Positions 37,694 through 44,685 of a DNA stretch of 64,000 nucleotides are shown here, piece after piece. This DNA comes from an uncultured Candidatus Saccharibacteria bacterium (lineage in GTDB: Bacteria; Patescibacteriota; Saccharimonadia; Saccharimonadales; JAGQNJ01), in contig CAZRSX010000001.1 of NCBI GenBank assembly GCA_964602865.1, positions 153,986 to 217,985 of the forward strand, written 5' to 3'. The notes beneath the pieces were generated by a model. The model did not search any database. It saw only the letters and a list, made by a program, of their open reading frames with translations, and had not been told where the DNA came from. The stretch's first letter is position 1, and every line of letters begins with the position of its first letter. A program made the position numbers and the translations under genes.

Positions 37694-38980
37694 ATGGAGA
37701 CAGTTGTTGATTTGCACGTGCATTCGCATTACTCGCGGGCGACCAGCCGCGACTGCACGCTGGCGGGTTTGTATCGTTGGGGCAAACTAAAAGGTATTAA
37801 TATTATCGGCACCGGCGATTTTACGCACCCCAAGTGGTTTGACGAATGCCGCGACCAGCTAGAGCGTGACGCCAACGGCCTGTATCGTCTGAACAAAGCC
37901 CTGGCGACGGAAGTTGACGCCGTGTTGCCGGACAGCGTGCGAGACGAGCCACTGTGGTTTGTGCCGACGGTAGAAATCAGCACGATTTATAGTAAGAACG
38001 GTTCGGTGCGTAAACTGCACAACCTCGTGGTCATGCCGACGCTGGAGCTGGCCGGCCAGCTCAACGCTCGGCTGGAACGCATTGGCAACTTGCACAGCGA
38101 CGGTCGGCCGATTTTAGGACTGGACGCCAAAGAGCTCCTGCGCCATTGTTTGGAAGTTTCACCAGACAGCCTGTATATTCCGGCGCATGTCTGGACACCG
38201 TGGTTTGCGCTGTTTGGCAGCAAATCCGGCTTTGATAGCCTCAAGGAATGTTTTGAAGAACTGGCGCCCCAGGTGCGCGCCGTCGAAACCGGTCTGTCCA
38301 GCGACCCGTTTATGAACTGGCGGCTCAGTCAGCTGGACGGTTTGGCGGTGGTGTCGAACTCCGACGCCCACTCGCCAGGCAAACTCGGCCGCGAAGCCAC
38401 TGTGCTCAACATTGAACCCAGCTACCACGAACTCGTCGGCGCTATCAAAACCAACGATACACGGCTGGTTGGCACGATTGAATTTTTTCCGGAAGAAGGC
38501 AAGTACCACTACGATGGCCACCGCGTCTGCAACGTCCGGTTTACTCCTGCCGAAACCAAAGCACACAAGGGTATCTGCCCGGTGTGCCACAAACCGCTCA
38601 CCGTCGGCGTGGACTACCGCGTGAGTGAACTGGCAGACAGGGCCGAGGGCTTTATCCCAAAACATGCCAAACGCGTCGAGTACATCATTCCGCTACCAGA
38701 GATTTTAAGCGAGCTGCTTGGCACCGGCCCGGCCAGCAAAAAAGTCACCAGCCGCTACCACGAGCTCATTGCAAGCTTGGGCAACGAGTTTGCGCTGCTG
38801 CGCGCCCTGCCGCTGGCGCAGATTGCCGAAACCGATCAGCTTCTGGCGCAGGCTATTGAACGGCTTAGAGCTGGCAACGTTGTGCGCGAACCCGGTTATG
38901 ACGGCATCTACGGCACCATCAAAGTCTTCAAAGATACAAGCGAACTCACCGCCGCCAAAAGCCAGCTCAGTTTACTGTGA
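37694..38980 (+). CDS. PHP-domain protein, endonuclease Q (TIGR00375)-like
   Basis: DLHVHSHYSRATS...IIGTGDFTHPKW N-terminus, later HVWTPWF and SNSDAHS metal-binding motifs, and a CPVCHKPLTVGV zinc-knuckle. Confidence 0.65.
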   Translation: METVVDLHVHSHYSRATSRDCTLAGLYRWGKLKGINIIGTGDFTHPKWFDECRDQLERDANGLYRLNKALATEVDAVLPDSVRDEPLWFVPTVEISTIYSKNGSVRKLHNLVVMPTLELAGQLNARLERIGNLHSDGRPILGLDAKELLRHCLEVSPDSLYIPAHVWTPWFALFGSKSGFDSLKECFEELAPQVRAVETGLSSDPFMNWRLSQLDGLAVVSNSDAHSPGKLGREATVLNIEPSYHELVGAIKTNDTRLVGTIEFFPEEGKYHYDGHRVCNVRFTPAETKAHKGICPVCHKPLTVGVDYRVSELADRAEGFIPKHAKRVEYIIPLPEILSELLGTGPASKKVTSRYHELIASLGNEFALLRALPLAQIAETDQLLAQAIERLRAGNVVREPGYDGIYGTIKVFKDTSELTAAKSQLSLL

Positions 38981-38981
38981 C

Positions 38982-39010
38982 TTGACACGACCATACGCTA
39001 CATGTACAAT
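38982..39010 (+). promoter_or_regulatory. phd/relE promoter TTGACA-17-TACAAT
   Basis: The -35 starts 2 nt after the upstream stop codon. Two TAAAATGT direct repeats (39011 and 39024) lie in the leader. An AAGGA SD precedes the ATG at 39048. Confidence 0.6.
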
Positions 39011-39047
39011 TAAAATGTCAATATAAAATGTACATAAGGATGTAATT

Positions 39048-39305
39048 ATGAGCACCAAGACAATAGACGCAACTGACATGCGTAATAACCTCTCAGAAGC
39101 TCTAGATGCCGTTTCTAAGAGTAAGAATATTATTCTTGTGAAACGTCGGGGCAAAGTAGAGTCAGCGCTGATAGATGTAGACGTACTTGAAGACCTACTG
39201 GCAGCCAGCAACCCAGAGTATCTAAAGAGTATTGCTGAGGCACGGGCTAGCAAAGAATGGTACACGCCAGAAGAAGTCTTTGGCGATTTGTGGGACGAAT
39301 CCTAG
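39048..39305 (+). CDS. Phd/YefM-family antitoxin
   Basis: 85 aa. IDATDMRNNLSEALDAV...ILVKRRGKVESALIDVD is a typical Phd/YefM N-terminus. It lies directly upstream of a RelE/ParE-fold gene. Confidence 0.8.
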   Translation: MSTKTIDATDMRNNLSEALDAVSKSKNIILVKRRGKVESALIDVDVLEDLLAASNPEYLKSIAEARASKEWYTPEEVFGDLWDES

Positions 39306-39308
39306 CCC

Positions 39309-39566
39309 ATGTATCGTCTAAAAATTGAAAGCAGGGCAAAAAAAGACCTGCAATCTCTTGACGATGTAACCAAGCGACGAATTATAAAGAAACTAAAGTT
39401 TTTCCTGGCGCAAGACAATCCGCTGGCTTTTGCCAAAAAGTTGGTTGACCTCGAGGACGGTGACTACCGGTGGCGGATTGGACATTACCGAGCAGTCTTT
39501 GACGTGCGCAGCAAAACCATAAAGCTACTGCGCGTGCAGCACCGCCGCGACGTCTACCGTAAATAA
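39309..39566 (+). CDS. RelE/ParE-family toxin
   Basis: 85 aa with the typical RelE/ParE pattern YRWRIGHYRAVFDV...TIKLLRVQHRRDVYR. Confidence 0.8.
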   Translation: MYRLKIESRAKKDLQSLDDVTKRRIIKKLKFFLAQDNPLAFAKKLVDLEDGDYRWRIGHYRAVFDVRSKTIKLLRVQHRRDVYRK

Positions 39567-39703
39567 AGGAGAACAAACGCACCAATCGCAAGGATTTTAT
39601 GTCGGTTTTCCCAAGCTATAGGCAAAAATAAAAGGCCCTCAGCGCTGGGGTAGCCTAAAAACTACGGGCTGAAGGTCTTACTTGCATACTAGCAAATAAG
39701 CAC

Positions 39704-39763
39704 AACCTATCAAGGCTTTTGAGTCTCAACCCCGCCGCCAAAAGCCAGTTGAGCTTGTTATAA
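39704..39763 (+). pseudogene. relict duplicate of the 3' end of the EndoQ-like gene
   Basis: 39731-39763 encodes PAAKSQLSLL-stop, and 38948-38980 encodes TAAKSQLSLL-stop. They share a 17-nt identical core (CCGCCGCCAAAAGCCAG). The 7 downstream nucleotide differences are all synonymous or stop-to-stop. Confidence 0.65.
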
Positions 39764-39770
39764 TGGCAAC

Positions 39771-40346
39771 ATGGACTTCCCAGTGATTAGCGGCTTGCTC
39801 AGCGGTATTATTTTTGCAGTAAGCGCTAGTTGGTACACGATTGACGTCACAAAAGGCAAAGTTACGCCAAGCATTGCTACCTTCTTAATGTTTAGCCTGA
39901 TTAATCTTTCGCAGCTTGCCTCGCTCTTGGTCGAGCAGGTATGGAATGTAATTCCTTTTACACTAGTCGGAACAGTTACTTCAATTGTCATTTGTGTAAT
40001 TGCGCTTAAGAGTAAAAGGTTCTACTTTGAGCTACCTGACAAAATCGCACTTGTTGGTGCACTACTGGGCTTTATGCTTTGGGTGGTCACTAAGGACGCA
40101 GCTATTAACTTATACGTTGTTAGCGCAGTCCAGGTTATCACCTTCACTCCTTTAATTATCAAGTCATTCAAACGACCAGAACTTGAGACGATTCTTCCTT
40201 GGCAACTCAATTTACTTGCATCGTTTTTCTTACTGCTTTCCATAAATTCACTAACAGCTGTTGTCTGGGTAGTCCCGGCTAGGCAATTCCTCTGCTCATT
40301 ACTGCTAAATGTCGGCCTCTTAAGAGGTAAGCTTCGCGCTAAGTAG
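39771..40346 (+). CDS. polytopic membrane protein (6 TM), unknown family
   Basis: 191-aa hydrophobic ORF. TATAAT lies 6 nt upstream of the ATG. Confidence 0.45.
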   Translation: MDFPVISGLLSGIIFAVSASWYTIDVTKGKVTPSIATFLMFSLINLSQLASLLVEQVWNVIPFTLVGTVTSIVICVIALKSKRFYFELPDKIALVGALLGFMLWVVTKDAAINLYVVSAVQVITFTPLIIKSFKRPELETILPWQLNLLASFFLLLSINSLTAVVWVVPARQFLCSLLLNVGLLRGKLRAK

Positions 40347-40350
40347 GCTT

Positions 40351-42033
40351 ATGGGGCTAAACTCTGAACAGGAAAAAGCTATCAAGGCCGCAGGAATTGG
40401 GCATGTGGTGGTGATTGCTGGGCCGGGGACGGGGAAGACGCACACGCTCATCAGTGCTGCCCTGCATTTGTTGGAACAACACGTCAAGCCGTCGCAAATC
40501 CTGGTGCTGACGTTTACCAACAAAGCGGCCGATGAACTGACCGCACGGCTGAAGAAAAGCCGCAGTGGCAAACTGCCGCAAGCAACGACGTTTCACGCCT
40601 GGGCATATCAGCAAATCAAAAAAGACTTGGCCAACAAAAAGCTGGTAGACAACTTTACGCAGCGCCAACTCTTGCTGGAACTCAAAAAACAAACCGGCAG
40701 CAAACACACCGTGCGCGAACTCGGCCTCATCATTGCTCGTGCCAAGAATGGAGCTGATGCGCCACCGCTATTAAAAGCGTATGATGAACTACTGGCCCGA
40801 GACAACCTGATAGACTTTGACGACTTGCTCCGTCTCTATCTGGATAGCGAGCACAAACCTGCCTACACGCATGTGTTGGTCGACGAATTTCAGGACACGT
40901 CGCCGCTCCAATATCAATTGCTCGAGCGATGTATCGAAGCCGGTGCCAAAGCCTTTGTGATTGGCGACCCCAACCAGTCAATCTACGGTTTTCGAGGCGC
41001 AGATGGCGAAGTGTTCGACAGCTTTGCGACTGACTACCAGCCCACCATTGTGCGGCTGAGCGACAACTACCGTTCGGCTCGTACCATCGTGGAAGCAGCC
41101 GCCGGAATCTTTCCTGATGCCGCCCAACACCCCGTCAACAAACACGATGGTCTGGTACGAATTATTGAGACGCTCGACAGTTTTAGCGAAGCTGACTACA
41201 TTATCCGCAGCATCGAGCAAGCGCTGGGTGGTACGGACTGGGCGGCCGTCCATCATGACGAACGCCAACTGGATAGCCAGCACTTCCGTGACTTTGCCGT
41301 GCTGTATCGTCATAACCGCGCAGGGCAGCGCCTGGCCGAAAAACTTCGCGCCGCCGGTTTGCCCCTGCAAGTTACCGGCGAAGATTCGCCCTACGCCACG
41401 CCGCTGGCGCAAGCCGTGCTGGCCGCTTTTTTGTATCTGAATGAACCCAACGAACAAACCAAACAGCAGGCCGTCCAAGCAGTTCGCACACTTGGCAACA
41501 AAAGTTCGCTGGCCTGGCTTGACCAGCTTGACGCAACGCAATCGCCTGTTCAGCTGGCAAGGGATGTTATCGAGCAGCTTGGCCAAGCCGAGCGAGTTGA
41601 CGAACTGCGCAGCGTGTTACAGGGCATCGGTCAACAACCGGACTTGCCAACCGCTATCTCGTACTGGCAAACCCTAGCCGAGCAGGATTTTTACGACCCG
41701 GCCGCCGATTGCGTGACGCTCAGCACTATTCATGCCAGCAAGGGTCTGGAGTTTCGCCATGTGTTTGTGGCGGGCTGCGTTGATGGCGTGTTGCCGCATG
41801 CCAAAGGCGACCCAGCCGAAGAAAAACGGCTATTCTACGTCGCGATCACGCGCGCTATTGCCTCGGCCACCTTGCTGCACGGCCGTAAACAGGGCGGCAA
41901 GCCAGCTGCACCATCGTCTTTCTTGGCAGCTTTGCCAGCGAGCGTACCACGTCAGACCGATGATGAACTAGAAACCATAGAAAAACGTCGTGCCCGAACT
42001 CGGCTCAAACGCTCCCAACAAAGTCTGTTCTAG
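40351..42033 (+). CDS. UvrD/PcrA/Rep-family SF1 DNA helicase (short, 560 aa)
   Basis: Walker A AGPGTGKT, motif II LVDEFQDTS, motif YRS, motif V TIHASKGLEF, motif VI LFYVAITRA. Confidence 0.85.
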   Translation: MGLNSEQEKAIKAAGIGHVVVIAGPGTGKTHTLISAALHLLEQHVKPSQILVLTFTNKAADELTARLKKSRSGKLPQATTFHAWAYQQIKKDLANKKLVDNFTQRQLLLELKKQTGSKHTVRELGLIIARAKNGADAPPLLKAYDELLARDNLIDFDDLLRLYLDSEHKPAYTHVLVDEFQDTSPLQYQLLERCIEAGAKAFVIGDPNQSIYGFRGADGEVFDSFATDYQPTIVRLSDNYRSARTIVEAAAGIFPDAAQHPVNKHDGLVRIIETLDSFSEADYIIRSIEQALGGTDWAAVHHDERQLDSQHFRDFAVLYRHNRAGQRLAEKLRAAGLPLQVTGEDSPYATPLAQAVLAAFLYLNEPNEQTKQQAVQAVRTLGNKSSLAWLDQLDATQSPVQLARDVIEQLGQAERVDELRSVLQGIGQQPDLPTAISYWQTLAEQDFYDPAADCVTLSTIHASKGLEFRHVFVAGCVDGVLPHAKGDPAEEKRLFYVAITRAIASATLLHGRKQGGKPAAPSSFLAALPASVPRQTDDELETIEKRRARTRLKRSQQSLF

Positions 42034-42097
42034 CGACCAGCGTGTTGACAATTCACATCTGTTACGATACTATATAAGACGCTCATGGAGCGATCGT

Positions 42098-42172
42098 AGC
42101 GGGATGGAGCAGCGGCAGCTCGCGTGGCTCATAACCACGAGGTCCCAGGTTCGAGTCCTGGTCCCGCAACCA
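42098..42172 (+). tRNA. initiator tRNA-fMet (CAU), CCA encoded
   Basis: 75 nt. Position 1:72 is mismatched (A1/A72), the D-stem has A11:T24, and the anticodon arm is CGTGG-CTCATAA-CCACG. The T-arm is CCAGG-TTCGAGT-CCTGG. It is collinear with E. coli tRNA-fMet as I recall it. Confidence 0.85.
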
Positions 42173-42188
42173 AGTTGTACCATCAGAT

Positions 42189-42219
42189 AGAGATTGGCGA
42201 AAAAGCCAGTCTCTTTTTT
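42189..42219 (+). terminator. intrinsic terminator after tRNA-fMet
   Basis: 10-bp stem AGAGATTGGC / GCCAGTCTCT (one G-U pair), a GAAAAA loop, then a T6 tract. Confidence 0.75.
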
Positions 42220-42281
42220 GATTTGTTTGAATCATCACTCCTGTTGTCTAAACTATCTTGCCAGTTTATTATTAGAGGTAA

Positions 42282-43196
42282 ATGAACGCTTTTCTTATTG
42301 CGCTAATACCCCCTGCACTTTGGGCGGCGGTGAACCATATAGAAAAATTCATTCTTAGTAGGTACTTTAAGAATAATGGTATTGGGACCATGATGATTTT
42401 CTCTGCCTTTGTTGGTGTTGCTGTTCTCCCAGTATCGTTCTTTTTTCAAACCTCAGCCTTTTCAATAAGTGCTTCAATGGCGTTACTCATAGGCTTAAAT
42501 GGCTGGCTTTATCTTGTGGCTGTTTTGCCGTATCTAAAAGCCTTGCGCTCAAACGATGTAGCAGCAACAATCCCTATTTTTCAGACAATACCTGTCTTCT
42601 CGTTTGTGCTTGGCTATTTCTTTCTGGGCGAAGCGTTATCGGCTAGCCAAATTATCGGCGGACTCTTAGTGATACTGGGTGCAATTATTATTTCGTTCGA
42701 GGTACAAGAGGAAAAGAAGGTGAAGCTCCGCAAAGATACATTGTTCTATATGTTACTGGCTTCATTTATCTATGCCTTTCACTTTTTCCTTTTCAAAGCA
42801 TTTGCCGTAGACGCAGATTTTTGGACGACTGTATTCTGGGAAAGCATTGGCTTCGTTATGTTTGGGTTGCTCATTGTGTTCTTCATGAAAAGTTATCGTA
42901 CAGAGTTCCTGAATGTTATGAAGACAAACGCTAAACCAGTTATAAGCTTGAATACCCTCAACGAGATACTAAACATAGTTGCCAAGCTGTTGTTTAACTA
43001 TGCGACTCTTTCAATTGCACTTGCTCTTGCATGGGTTGCAGTTGGATTTCAGCCTGTATTTGTCTTGTTCTACAGCATAGTGTTGGCGATATTTTTTCCA
43101 AAAATTAGCAACGAAAAAGTTCTTGGCAAACACCTTGTACAGAAAATCGCGGCACTCGCTGTTATGTTGCTCGGGACATACATTATTTATTTGTAA
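42282..43196 (+). CDS. EamA/DMT-superfamily transporter
   Basis: 304 aa with 10 TM helices in two EamA-like halves. Confidence 0.8.
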   Translation: MNAFLIALIPPALWAAVNHIEKFILSRYFKNNGIGTMMIFSAFVGVAVLPVSFFFQTSAFSISASMALLIGLNGWLYLVAVLPYLKALRSNDVAATIPIFQTIPVFSFVLGYFFLGEALSASQIIGGLLVILGAIIISFEVQEEKKVKLRKDTLFYMLLASFIYAFHFFLFKAFAVDADFWTTVFWESIGFVMFGLLIVFFMKSYRTEFLNVMKTNAKPVISLNTLNEILNIVAKLLFNYATLSIALALAWVAVGFQPVFVLFYSIVLAIFFPKISNEKVLGKHLVQKIAALAVMLLGTYIIYL

Positions 43197-43232
43197 GCCT
43201 AGACCGTAGGGCGATATTCTAAAGCAAAATAC

Positions 43233-43260
43233 TTGACAAATTTGCAAACTCATGTATAAT
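43233..43260 (+). promoter_or_regulatory. near-consensus sigma-70 promoter TTGACA-16-TATAAT
   Basis: -35 at 43233-43238 and -10 at 43255-43260. This is the best consensus match I found in the window. Confidence 0.6.
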
Positions 43261-43310
43261 ACAAAGTGTAATAATTCACAAACAAACACTAAAACAGAAA
43301 GGGCACCACA

Positions 43311-43394
43311 ATGACAGAACTAGCATACGAAGTTTTACCAGACGCAAGTCTGGCAGATATAGACCAGGAACTAGCCGACGTACTGTTCGGTTAG
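43311..43394 (+). CDS. 27-codon acidic micro-ORF (MTELAYEVLPDASLADIDQELADVLFG)
   Basis: It is not in the ORF track (under 60 aa). It lies about 45 nt downstream of the strong promoter, with GAAAGGG 10 nt upstream of the ATG. Coding status is unproven. Confidence 0.3.
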   Translation: MTELAYEVLPDASLADIDQELADVLFG

Positions 43395-43400
43395 AACGAC

Positions 43401-43814
43401 TTACAGATGTAAATGTTCGGTGCGGATTGGTCTGGCGGCCAGATCCTCGTCCGGGCGTGCATAGGCAGTGACTAGTTCACCGCGTCCGAATGGCGGCATA
43501 TTGAAAAATCGAAACGTCACCGTCGTGAGGTCTTTTCGGGTGCGCCCGGCACCTTCGATAATGGTTGGATACTTATCAAGCAGTTGCGGTTGCGGCAGCC
43601 GAAGGTGATAGCCAAGTCGGGACACAAATTCTATTGCCGTTCCGCTTAGTGCAGCAAGCTGGCCGGCAAAACCAGCGATAGCTTCAACGCCGCGCACTGG
43701 CTCAAGCTCAGCGGTATCAAAAGCATACATATCAGGATTTTCGTACAAATATCGAAGCAGCTCGGGTTCTCCCTCGGGCATTGGAAAAGCAGGGGGCTTA
43801 TCAAGAATTGCCAT
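43401..43814 (-). CDS. hypothetical protein (137 aa)
   Basis: ORF only. ATG at 43814, with an alternative TTG at 43820. It converges on the micro-ORF, with 6 nt between the stop codons. Confidence 0.4.
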   Translation of the reverse strand: MAILDKPPAFPMPEGEPELLRYLYENPDMYAFDTAELEPVRGVEAIAGFAGQLAALSGTAIEFVSRLGYHLRLPQPQLLDKYPTIIEGAGRTRKDLTTVTFRFFNMPPFGRGELVTAYARPDEDLAARPIRTEHLHL

Positions 43815-43869
43815 CTTCAATCAAAAGTATAACCTCGCTTTTTAAATAGTCCATTGTAAAATAAGAAAC

Positions 43870-44400
43870 ATGCCGCATATCCATACCAAGCCAGGCCAGC
43901 ACGACCATACCGCCAGCGCGTTTATTGTACGCACGGATTTTAGTGAGCCGAAGATTATGCTGCACAAACACAAAAAGCTCGGTGTCTATATGCAATTTGG
44001 CGGGCATATTGAGCTTGATGAAACACCATGGCAAGCTATCAGCCACGAGATTCCGGAAGAAACCGGCTACGAGATGAACCAGTTGAAGCTCTTCCAGCCA
44101 AAAGATCGGCTCAAAAAAGTGTCGCGGTCTATTCTGCACCCAGTGCCGGTGTGTCACAACACGCATGTGATTGTCGATGACCACTACCATACTGATTTGG
44201 ACTATGCGTTTGTGGCCAACGAGGCGCCGAAAGGGACAGTGGCCGAAGGGGAATCAAGCGATATTAGGCTGTTCACGCGCGCTGAGCTGTTGGCACACCC
44301 GGCTGATGATATTTTTCAGGAAGTGCTTGATATCACGCTGTATATTTTTGAGGTTTGCTTGCCCCAGTGGGAGCAAGTCAACCCGCGTGAGTTCAAATAA
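43870..44400 (+). CDS. NUDIX hydrolase
   Basis: Nudix box GGHIELDETPWQAISHEIPEETGYE. Confidence 0.8.
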   Translation: MPHIHTKPGQHDHTASAFIVRTDFSEPKIMLHKHKKLGVYMQFGGHIELDETPWQAISHEIPEETGYEMNQLKLFQPKDRLKKVSRSILHPVPVCHNTHVIVDDHYHTDLDYAFVANEAPKGTVAEGESSDIRLFTRAELLAHPADDIFQEVLDITLYIFEVCLPQWEQVNPREFK

Positions 44401-44404
44401 AAAA

Positions 44405-44422
44405 GTTCTCCGTTTGGAGAAC
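44405..44422. terminator. bidirectional terminator hairpin
   Basis: GTTCTCC-gttt-GGAGAAC is a perfect 7-bp stem, flanked by an A-run upstream and AAGAGTTTTT downstream. It lies between the NUDIX gene (+) and tRNA-Met (-). Confidence 0.7.
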
Positions 44423-44431
44423 AAGAGTTTT

Positions 44432-44508
44432 TGGTAGCGGCGACTGGAATTGAACCAGTGACCTCAGGCTTATGAGTCCTGCGCTCTAACCAACTGAGCT
44501 ACGCCGCC
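44432..44508 (-). tRNA. elongator tRNA-Met (CAU), CCA encoded
   Basis: 77 nt on the minus strand: GGCGGCG acceptor, AGTTGGTTA D-loop, CAGGA-CTCATAA-GCCTG anticodon arm (31:39 is A/G), and ACTGG-TTCAATT-CCAGT T-arm. Confidence 0.85.
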
Positions 44509-44614
44509 TTGTTAACAATGGAAATGTGCTAGCCCGTCAATGTGGCCGTGCTCGACAGAAAAGTCTAGTTGGTTAGAGCTTTTCGCGATTACTATTTTAT
44601 CGCCTTTGGCTTGG

Positions 44615-44633
44615 CCAACTGAGCTACGCCGCC
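44615..44633 (-). repeat. 19-nt exact copy of the 5' end of tRNA-Met, 106 nt upstream of the gene
   Basis: CCAACTGAGCTACGCCGCC occurs at 44490-44508 (inside the tRNA) and again at 44615-44633. An inverted 13-nt D-arm copy (AGTTGGTTAGAGC) lies at 44567-44579. Confidence 0.8.
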
Positions 44634-44685
44634 GCACTGCAAGGACAAACGTGAATATATCACGATTTACATCTGTTGGCTAGGG

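Noticed and set aside
40978-41586. 202-aa minus-strand ORF, plus several others antisense within 40357-41971
   Set aside because: They are antisense to the UvrD-like helicase, whose conserved motifs establish the plus-strand frame.
41990-42190. 66-aa ORF in the track
   Set aside because: It overlaps the 3' end of the helicase gene and reads through the initiator tRNA. It is spurious.
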